From NCBI GenBank assembly GCA_020635075.1, contig JACKAM010000001.1:963402-1027401 (forward strand): DNA of 64,000 nucleotides, in the 5' to 3' direction. Below, in pieces: positions 25,304 to 32,835 of this stretch. The notes beneath the pieces are model-generated. The model searched no databases and was not told the DNA's origin. It was given only the letters and a program-made list of their open reading frames with translations. Positions within the stretch are counted from its first letter, which is position 1, and each line of letters begins with the position of its first letter. This DNA comes from Pseudobdellovibrionaceae bacterium (GTDB lineage: Bacteria > Bdellovibrionota > Bdellovibrionia > Bdellovibrionales > UBA1609). A program made the translations under genes and the position numbers.

Positions 25304-27982
25304 ATGAAAAGCGTATTTAAGACCCGGATCCGGGCTTTGCTGGCCGCAGCCATGCCCCTTGTGGTGGGCTTTGGAACCTTCTCTTGTACCCGCGATGTGG
25401 ACCGGGACGCTGTCCTGCGCCTCTCCATGCCCTCTTCGATCAATACCGGACAAAGTGTCATGGAGCTGGAAGTGGTCATCTTCAATATCCGCACCGGAGC
25501 AGGTGCGGGCTTGCCAATGGTGAAAGAAATTGATCATCACCAGTTGGAAAATATGATCAGTACCACTGGGACTACGGACACCTTGGACTTTGTTCTCGAC
25601 CATTACAATATGCATCAGCCTATCCCCAAGGGCGTGGTGATGGTTCAGTATTTGGGAGTCTTTGTAGATACGGGCGATGTCTTGCGTTTTAGCTATGGCG
25701 ATACCGTAGTGGACACGTCTGCTGGAGGCGATGTCTTTGTGGAGATCAATGCCAGCTTTTTGGGAGCAACAGTCACTAAGGAAGGCCATGCGGGAGGGCG
25801 CTACTACAATTCGCCTACTGGTGGCCCGACGGGAGTGATGGTTGGCTATTTTCAGCCGCCCAATGGTAAACCACGTATGGCAGTCACCAAGGAAGAGATG
25901 TACAACGGGTGGTTTAACATCTTCCTTCTCGACAACGTGGACTTCACTTATGAAATGCTCGACGGGACACCGGTGTTTAGCAATGTGAATCTGACCAACT
26001 TTGCGGCTACAGGCAATCACGTCCTCAAGGTGACCAAGCCAGCATCCTACTACCCTGAGTGGGATCCGGGCGAGGGGCCGGAAGAGGATGCAGAACGGGA
26101 TTTAATCATTGGTTTTTTCTCAAACGGCAATGGGCCGAGTTTTGCAGGACATGAAGTGTGCTTCCCCGACGTGAAAGAAGCGATTCCGTATATGTTCAAC
26201 GACAACACTCTGACAGCCAATTTGGTCTTTAAAGGTCCCTCTCATAGCCCGGCTGCGACTGATATACGTCAGGTGGCTGGCGGGGTGGCCCGGTCCTATA
26301 CGGACATTCACCAGAGTGGCCTTTGTGATATGGACGCACTTAACCGCATACGCTTTTATCCACAGCAAATGCGTGAGTGGGATGACGGTCCCTTTGGTAT
26401 GCGGGGTCCCTTTCGCTTGATTCGCCCCTTTGAAAAGTGGGGAGGCTACTCCGCTCAATCCTTCAACGGCAGCAATGCGATTACTCTGAACTGGAAGTAC
26501 TTGCCCGAAGTGGGGGGTGTGGCCGTGCATGGGGCAACTGTCTTTGCTGGTTACAACAACTGGAATAGCGATGATGGCGACCACGGTGACGAGGATCCGC
26601 CATGCAATGAAGAGCTGACGATGAAGGGGATGAATCCAGTGGGTGAGCTGAGCGGCACGGCGGAAAGCTATGTGTTTTCTGGTGGAACAGGAGGGATGCC
26701 TCCAGTGGACAACAATAATCACCACAATTTCAGACTGGCCGTATGCCCCTATTTTGTTGGCCCTCAAGGGCAGCGTCATTACATGAGCGAGTATGTGGAA
26801 AATGATTGCTCAGGCGATTGCGGACAAATGATGAGTTATGGTGTCGGCACCACCGATGCTACCATCGCCTCTGGCACGGCTTCAGCAACTATGGGGGCGA
26901 GCTACGCTCGTTTGGATGGGACATCCACATCGCCGGTTGAATCGACCGGGCTCAGCCTGTCGTCAGTCAATGGCAGTTTTGCCCCTGGAGATGAAGTTCT
27001 TATTCATGTTTCCGGTTATCGCCAGGCGGGAGACTGTGGCTACTGGAACGGTGAAGAAATCAGCCCTGGAATGCAGGCATTTGCTCGGGTGATTGTCGGC
27101 GGCGGTGGTTCCATATACATTAGCAAAGGAACTTTTCTTGACTCTGCCAGCACCGCCTATTTGGCAAATGCGGCTAGCGCTCCAAATATGTGCCGCATCC
27201 AGGTGGTGAAAGTTCTCCAGTATCGAGATCTCACCATTAACGGATTGGTGTTTTTGGACTCCTTTTCAACCTACATGAATGGTGGAATTCTGCCCATTCG
27301 CGTGAATGGAACCATGAACCTAAACGCCAACATCAACGGCATGAATGCTGGTTATGGTGGCGTCGCCAGTGTTGATGGGTCCGGCCTGATGGGTGCCAGT
27401 ACTAACACCGGAACCGGTGGTCAGGGCGATGGTGGTGGCCATGGTGCTGGAGGAGGCGGTTACGGCAATGGTGGTAACGCCAGCACAGGAGCCAATGGTG
27501 GAATGGGTGGTAATGATGGAGGCAGCGACGGAGGTTTTGGTTTGATCATGGGCAGTGGCGGTGGATCAGCAGGAGCCATCGCGGGCGGAACCGGTGGCGG
27601 CGCCATAATGATTGCGGCACGTAAAATTGCTGTGACCTCTTCCGGGGCCACGCTTGTGGTCGATGGTGGAGCCGGAACTGTCAGTGCCAACACCAGTGGT
27701 GGTGGCGGAGGTGGAACGATTAATATTTTTGCCAAAGAAATTGTCCGTCTCGGTGCGGGCGCATTCACTCTCAGTGCCAATGGTGGTAATGGGGACGCCA
27801 ACGCGGGCGCCGGCGGAGGCGGGCGCATCAAGGTTATGGCCTGTCAGGGTTCCAGCGAAGTGACGGCCACCAATAATGCGGGCGCCGGGTTCGGCAGCGC
27901 CCAGCCCGGAAACCAAACCAACGGCGACGGTAACATGATTATTGAGGATGCCAATCAGTGGCATGACTTCTGTCGCCAGTAA
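25304..27982 (+). CDS. large lipoprotein with a C-terminal glycine-rich repeat region
   Basis: GGGAGG RBS and lipobox GFGTFSC. About 170 aa of (G)n-rich repeats are interspersed with short beta-like segments (GGGAIMIAARKIAV, GGGGGGTINIFAKEIV, GGGGRIKVMA). Confidence 0.8.
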   Translation: MKSVFKTRIRALLAAAMPLVVGFGTFSCTRDVDRDAVLRLSMPSSINTGQSVMELEVVIFNIRTGAGAGLPMVKEIDHHQLENMISTTGTTDTLDFVLDHYNMHQPIPKGVVMVQYLGVFVDTGDVLRFSYGDTVVDTSAGGDVFVEINASFLGATVTKEGHAGGRYYNSPTGGPTGVMVGYFQPPNGKPRMAVTKEEMYNGWFNIFLLDNVDFTYEMLDGTPVFSNVNLTNFAATGNHVLKVTKPASYYPEWDPGEGPEEDAERDLIIGFFSNGNGPSFAGHEVCFPDVKEAIPYMFNDNTLTANLVFKGPSHSPAATDIRQVAGGVARSYTDIHQSGLCDMDALNRIRFYPQQMREWDDGPFGMRGPFRLIRPFEKWGGYSAQSFNGSNAITLNWKYLPEVGGVAVHGATVFAGYNNWNSDDGDHGDEDPPCNEELTMKGMNPVGELSGTAESYVFSGGTGGMPPVDNNNHHNFRLAVCPYFVGPQGQRHYMSEYVENDCSGDCGQMMSYGVGTTDATIASGTASATMGASYARLDGTSTSPVESTGLSLSSVNGSFAPGDEVLIHVSGYRQAGDCGYWNGEEISPGMQAFARVIVGGGGSIYISKGTFLDSASTAYLANAASAPNMCRIQVVKVLQYRDLTINGLVFLDSFSTYMNGGILPIRVNGTMNLNANINGMNAGYGGVASVDGSGLMGASTNTGTGGQGDGGGHGAGGGGYGNGGNASTGANGGMGGNDGGSDGGFGLIMGSGGGSAGAIAGGTGGGAIMIAARKIAVTSSGATLVVDGGAGTVSANTSGGGGGGTINIFAKEIVRLGAGAFTLSANGGNGDANAGAGGGGRIKVMACQGSSEVTATNNAGAGFGSAQPGNQTNGDGNMIIEDANQWHDFCRQ

Positions 27983-28913
27983 TCTGTTGAAACTCCGAAT
28001 GTGCCAGGTGGGTGTACAAGTCATCCACCTGGTCTTGGGCAATCGGTCCGTCCCCCAGCCGCAATTCCTGTCGGGCTTGAAAAATCCGTTGAGGGCCAAG
28101 GCGAAAGAACTGCTTAAGTGTTTCCAGATCTTCCTCAAGCCATCGCAAATAAAAAGCCTCGCTGAATAGGTTTTCCGTGCGTTTTAGGTGATCGGAAAAG
28201 GTCGAAATCAGGCTGTCGTCCCGGCCGCTAAGATAATTTTCTAGGAGGAAAGCCCAAAAACCTCTAATCCCCTCCGGTAGCGGTGAGCCCTTCCACTCCA
28301 ACTTCTCCATAGAGAGGGCTAAGGGTCTGTTAAGGGGTTGAGGCAGAGGTGCGCCTGGCAAAAGTGTCCAATGAAACAGGCGCATGAGTGCCGTCTGAGC
28401 CCGCTGGCAGAGTTGGCGGCCGCGAAAAGCGCCAAACACCCGGTGGCGAGCGACTTCACTCTGTTGCGTACGTAATAGCAATGAGAGATTGGAGTCAAAC
28501 CAGGCCACACCCCAATAGTAGTAGCCCTCCGGTCTTGTATTCATGGTGTTAAAGGGTGGTTTGAGTTCCCTGAGCAGCCGATTTTCCAATAACTCGGCGT
28601 CTTTCGGGTTGGCAGTGACCGACCAATCGACGGCATAGACTTGCTCAAGTAGTCTTCGCCACTTGCGGGCCCCTTCCCTTTTGTGCAGGTAACGATAAGA
28701 AGTGAGTCGTTGACGGAGATTTTTTGATTTTCCCACATAGAGAATTTGACGAGTCCGGTCCTTCAAAAAATAAACCCCCGGTTCACTCGGGATACGACGA
28801 AAAAACTCCAAGCCAAAACGGCGTCGAAAGCCGCTTTCAATATCAATTAAGGTGTGCTGTTTTGGAGCGGGCTGTCGTGATTCCAGTTGCTGTGGTTCCA
28901 AGGTCTCCGACAA
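27939..28913 (-). CDS. GIY-YIG nuclease, Cho/UvrC-N-terminal-like
   Basis: PGVYFLKD...ILYVGKSKNLRQRLTSY plus a downstream ENRLLRELKPPFN. VFGAFRGRQ...AQTAL resembles the Cho layout. Confidence 0.75.
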   Translation of the reverse strand: MSETLEPQQLESRQPAPKQHTLIDIESGFRRRFGLEFFRRIPSEPGVYFLKDRTRQILYVGKSKNLRQRLTSYRYLHKREGARKWRRLLEQVYAVDWSVTANPKDAELLENRLLRELKPPFNTMNTRPEGYYYWGVAWFDSNLSLLLRTQQSEVARHRVFGAFRGRQLCQRAQTALMRLFHWTLLPGAPLPQPLNRPLALSMEKLEWKGSPLPEGIRGFWAFLLENYLSGRDDSLISTFSDHLKRTENLFSEAFYLRWLEEDLETLKQFFRLGPQRIFQARQELRLGDGPIAQDQVDDLYTHLAHSEFQQITGDRSHATDWHPQ

Positions 28914-29187
28914 AGGTCCTGCCTTTCTGAGCGGCGTTCAGTTTTTCAAATACAGAGCCATCGTGCAAGAGCTGTTTTCTCGAATTGGGAATTATAAATT
29001 GGGGTTTTGGTAAGCATAAAAATAGAGAGCTAGGAGGAAGTCATGGACTCGGTTATAGTGAAGTAAATTGGTTCGATAGAACCGCGAGAGGAGGTGATGC
29101 CTATGGATAAACGTGGTGTTAATTCCAAGGCGGAGGTGGTCACCTCATAACAACAATGAGTGACCAACTTTATTAGCCGTTATCCTT

Positions 29188-29219
29188 AGGCCAAGGGACC
29201 TCCTCTTGGCCTTTTTTTT
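29188..29219 (+). terminator. rho-independent terminator with no annotated upstream gene
   Basis: The 7-bp stem GGCCAAG/CTTGGCC is followed by 8 T. The nearest + strand CDS ends 1.2 kb upstream. Confidence 0.7.
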
Positions 29220-29262
29220 GGGCACCACTTAACGCGTGGCGAACAATTCCTGGCAATTCAAC

Positions 29263-29517
29263 TCAAAACGAAGACCACTCAAAAGCCTTTGCTATCAAGG
29301 GTTCCACGCTGTGTTCCACGGAAGACTCAGTCACCATGGGGGATTCAAATACAGAAAAAAACAAAACCTTCATTTTTTGTAAAAACAAGTTGCCTGGTTG
29401 AGGAAAAAAGTTACGATTACATTCGTGGGGGGGCGATGTTAGGCAGGAAGACATGCTGAAGCACGGATGCTTCACATCGTCCTTTTTATTAAACCCACGA
29501 TCTAAAGATCCCAACAT
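29263..29517 (-). CDS. candidate 84-aa protein abutting the regulator gene
   Basis: Its ATG directly abuts the upstream TAA (TAAATG at 29515-29520). I recognised no motif and it could be spurious. Confidence 0.25.
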   Translation of the reverse strand: MLGSLDRGFNKKDDVKHPCFSMSSCLTSPPHECNRNFFPQPGNLFLQKMKVLFFSVFESPMVTESSVEHSVEPLIAKAFEWSSF

Positions 29518-30909
29518 TTAAACTGAAATGGATTCCAGGCAAACAGTAGGTTTCACACTGACTTTGTCGGCACTGACCTCTAGCACTTTAGGGATCGCTG
29601 TTAAATCATAAAGAAGTTGGTTGAGACGATGAACAGTCATGCGCAGGCGGTGGTAATTCTCCGGCGAGTAGCTGTCCTGCCACAATAATTGAATGACTTC
29701 GTCTACACTGTGCTCATTGTTTTCAGTCATGGCGTCAAGGAGTAACAACATTCCCTTTTTGCGAGACAGGTCAAGCTCCTTGTTCTGGAAGGCAATGGTT
29801 CTCTTCTCGCGGGAGAAGTTCAGAGTCAAATCATCAGAAGCCATATAGGGTCGCATGCGGTTGAGCCAAAAGGCCTTAGACTGTGCTCCCAATGAACTCA
29901 AGATGAGGTTGATTTTATTGCGCAGCTCTTGGGCCAGTCTCTCGTCCTCGGTACTGCTGAAGTAAAGAATCATAATACGCAGATAGCAACTCCAGGAGAG
30001 GACGGCCGCAAGATCTGAAAGCTCCCCCAGATCCCGCCGGCGCTGAGGATCAAAGGCGAGTAGGGCGATCTCCTGTTCAAAGGAGTCGCCGGATTTTTGC
30101 AATTCGGAAAATGCAAACATGTCCTCGGTCAATGGCAGGCCTCGGATCAACATCTCCTCCAGAAAATCAAAATAAACGAGGCGACGGTCTGACTCCATTA
30201 GGCTTGTGTCTTCAAGCACCAGCTTCACCCGAGCCCAGGCGTGATGAGGGCCTATCAAATTGATTTCAGCCAGCATCAGACTGTGTTGGATTTCCACGTC
30301 CAGATATTTGGGATATTCTGCCCGTTGTAGACTGATAAGTTCCGTGTAATAGAGGCCTAGTTTGTCGGCCTCAGCGAACTGGGACCGCAATCTCACGACC
30401 TGTGGCAAAACTCTCAAGTATAGAAACTGGCGGGCATCGAAGTCTTCGACTGAACGACTCAGATTAAAGGCCTGTTCATAGAGATCCAAGGCGCCAATGA
30501 GGTCGCCATCCTCCTCCATGTTTTTGCCCGCGCCCAATCGGCAAACGACTTTGGACTCTACGCTCAGTTGAGCATCAAATTCATCGAGGTGGTGCAAAAC
30601 CCTCTGATGATAAAACCGCCACTTGGCCATCAAATCCAGCTGGTAGCAAACACCAGCCAGGTCAGCAATTAGCTTAATATTTTCCCCATGTTTCTCAATG
30701 GCAAGCAAGTAGGTGTGATAAGCCTGTTCCAGGTCTCCTGAGAACTCAGCCACCACTCCCCGCAGGTGTTCCAAAATTCGCAGTTCCACATGGGTCCTAC
30801 CCTGAAACGAGTCAATTGCTCGTTTGGCCTCCTTCAGCTTGCCGCATTGAATGAGATTCAATGTGTCCAGGCGGAAAGTCTGAATGTCGGGAGACGCGGC
30901 GGTTGCCAT
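29518..30909 (-). CDS. TPR-like helical-repeat protein with a C-terminal OmpR/PhoB-type winged-helix DNA-binding domain
   Basis: C-terminal VDEVIQLLWQDSYSPENYHRLRMTVHRLNQLL is a trans_reg_C-like recognition helix and wing. The N-terminal ~350 aa are helical repeats. There is no receiver domain. Confidence 0.65.
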   Translation of the reverse strand: MATAASPDIQTFRLDTLNLIQCGKLKEAKRAIDSFQGRTHVELRILEHLRGVVAEFSGDLEQAYHTYLLAIEKHGENIKLIADLAGVCYQLDLMAKWRFYHQRVLHHLDEFDAQLSVESKVVCRLGAGKNMEEDGDLIGALDLYEQAFNLSRSVEDFDARQFLYLRVLPQVVRLRSQFAEADKLGLYYTELISLQRAEYPKYLDVEIQHSLMLAEINLIGPHHAWARVKLVLEDTSLMESDRRLVYFDFLEEMLIRGLPLTEDMFAFSELQKSGDSFEQEIALLAFDPQRRRDLGELSDLAAVLSWSCYLRIMILYFSSTEDERLAQELRNKINLILSSLGAQSKAFWLNRMRPYMASDDLTLNFSREKRTIAFQNKELDLSRKKGMLLLLDAMTENNEHSVDEVIQLLWQDSYSPENYHRLRMTVHRLNQLLYDLTAIPKVLEVSADKVSVKPTVCLESISV

Positions 30910-30910
30910 T

Positions 30911-32389
30911 TTACTGTCTCCTGAAGCGATTCAGATCGCCAAAATAGAATTTGTCCCAAGCTCGAATTTCCGGCAAATGCCCATTACCTCCACGAATTCG
31001 CGGACGAGGGCCGCCGGACAGGCGCACATTGAATCCACTTAACACAGGACTACTCATGAAGCGAAACAACTCAAATCGATTCGCCGTCGGTCCGCTTTCC
31101 GTGTCCTGTGACAGCCGCACGAGAGATTCGAGATCCTTGGGCAAAAGGAGTAAATCAAAGACGATGTTTGCCTCTTCGCGCTTTTCAGCAGCAACCGGAT
31201 CATCGGGAATCTTGAGAAGGTGAGAAAGAAAATCACCGTTGAGTGAGTCCTGAATATACTCTGGTGCCCACTGGGCTAGGAGCTGAAAGGCCTGGGCCGT
31301 GCTATCCCGCGAAGGACCATCGACGCCCTCAACCATATCCTTTAATTTGCGGTTTCTATAGTGGGGGGCGAAAGCAACGAGCGGCAGTGACAAGGGCAGA
31401 AGATTCCTTGCTTCGGAAGTCACATAATTAATGAGGCATGAATGATCGCAGGTTTTCTCAAGGAAAGGGTATTTGCTGGTGGAGTAACGATACTCGGGAG
31501 CCAAGTAGATTTCACCCTTTGCAGCCAGCTCGTTTACCATGCTTCTTTCGACTTGGAAGGCGCGCATAAAGGCAAAAACATTGGAAATCAGCGGGTTAGC
31601 CAAGGCGGTGTATAAGGGGCGCTTGCTGGCGCCACGAAAATTGGATTCAAGAAGTGTGTTGGGAACAACCTGACCCCATTCTGGAGAACCCGGCCAATAC
31701 CGGCTATCAAAATAGATCGCCATTTCGTGAGCAATCAGCTGGGTCAGAAATCCGTAATTGAGATCATTAGTGCCTGGCCGCTTTCTCACCAGCAAAACCG
31801 TATTATTGGTGAAGGGGTCCGTCCAGGAGTCAAAAGGGAAGTGAGGAGCATCAGTCACCACCAACATATAGAGACGTTCTTGTCCCCCTGCGGGGCGAAT
31901 ACTCAACTTATTGAGAACCTTTTCTGGACTGGGAAACACCATCCCTTGCGTTTGCTCTGAGGTCCACAGGCAGGAGGCGGCAATAATGTTAGCGGCGCGA
32001 GGGCTGACTGACAAATGGGATTCAATCAGTTGAGGCTGTTGGTTGAGGATGCGGGCACAGACCTGTTTGCCGACCCTGGTCTTCATCAGATCTATTGTAA
32101 TGTTGTCGATTAGTTTCTGCAGGTTTGGGTGCTCAGATGGAAAGAAGACTTGGTAGTTAAAACCCTGGCTATCATTGAACAGAACATCGCCACCACCAGA
32201 AAACTCTCGGAGCAGAACCTCTTTTTCCTGGAGGTAATACGCTACAATTGGATTGGGCGGTTGTTCAGGCCCTTGGAATCCATAAGCCATGGCAGGAAGA
32301 GACAAGAGGCTTGCCAAATTGAGAAATAGAAATATCCGCTGTATCTTTTTAAGGACACTTAGCCTTTTGAGCCCATTGACCATCTCCAC
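30911..32389 (-). CDS. secreted protein of unknown function
   Basis: Signal peptide (IFLFLNLASLLSLPAMA). It contains HEMAIY, which is not a canonical HExxH. Its stop lies 1 nt from the start of the downstream regulator. Confidence 0.7.
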   Translation of the reverse strand: MEMVNGLKRLSVLKKIQRIFLFLNLASLLSLPAMAYGFQGPEQPPNPIVAYYLQEKEVLLREFSGGGDVLFNDSQGFNYQVFFPSEHPNLQKLIDNITIDLMKTRVGKQVCARILNQQPQLIESHLSVSPRAANIIAASCLWTSEQTQGMVFPSPEKVLNKLSIRPAGGQERLYMLVVTDAPHFPFDSWTDPFTNNTVLLVRKRPGTNDLNYGFLTQLIAHEMAIYFDSRYWPGSPEWGQVVPNTLLESNFRGASKRPLYTALANPLISNVFAFMRAFQVERSMVNELAAKGEIYLAPEYRYSTSKYPFLEKTCDHSCLINYVTSEARNLLPLSLPLVAFAPHYRNRKLKDMVEGVDGPSRDSTAQAFQLLAQWAPEYIQDSLNGDFLSHLLKIPDDPVAAEKREEANIVFDLLLLPKDLESLVRLSQDTESGPTANRFELFRFMSSPVLSGFNVRLSGGPRPRIRGGNGHLPEIRAWDKFYFGDLNRFRRQ

Positions 32390-32731
32390 CTCACCTGAAT
32401 CTGTGTGACTTTATGTGTCGAGATCGTGAAAAAGGCAAAGAATTCTCTAGAGCTAGAAAAGAAGTGACCAAAATGCCTGAAAAATTTTCCAAAGTGAGGT
32501 GAAGCTTTGTCAGCTTCAACAAATGGCTTGCTGGGAATACTGGGAAGAAAATGCAAGGCATCCGCACATTGAATTGTGAACATTTGTGCACATTTGTTTA
32601 TTTCGACTTTCGGTGGGCGCTGGTAGGTTGTGCTCACCTTTTGGTCTTCCTTTTATGATTGCAAGAGATGGGATGTTGTCTTTTTTGTTGCCTTCGAGGG
32701 GGAGTAGAGAAGCAGCACTCTTGTGATACCG

Positions 32732-32760
32732 CCCTCTCCGGATACGGAGAGGGTTTTTTT
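32732..32760 (+). terminator. strong rho-independent terminator in the leader region of the MepA-like gene
   Basis: The 9-bp stem CCCTCTCCG/CGGAGAGGG has a GATA loop and is followed by 7 T. It lies 75-140 nt upstream of the 32836/32899 start. Confidence 0.8.
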
Positions 32761-32835
32761 ATGCCTAAAATCCAACTGGGGAATGCATCCCTGCCGCCGT
32801 AAATTGGCAGTCGGGTGCGCAGAGTCTAGCCAAAA

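Noticed and set aside
25244-26020. 258-aa minus-strand ORF overlapping the 5' part of the 892-aa lipoprotein gene
   Set aside because: It runs antisense to a gene with a strong RBS and lipobox and crosses that gene's promoter region. It has His/Arg/Cys-rich odd composition and no motif, so it is most likely spurious.
27460-28138. Pro-rich 123-aa and 190-aa minus-strand ORFs
   Set aside because: They are antisense to the GGN-rich glycine repeat region and are low-complexity mirror artefacts.
30911-32389. Calling the 492-aa secreted protein a zinc metalloprotease because of HEMAIY
   Set aside because: The motif is HExxxY, not HExxH, and I saw no downstream third ligand motif. I left it as unknown function.
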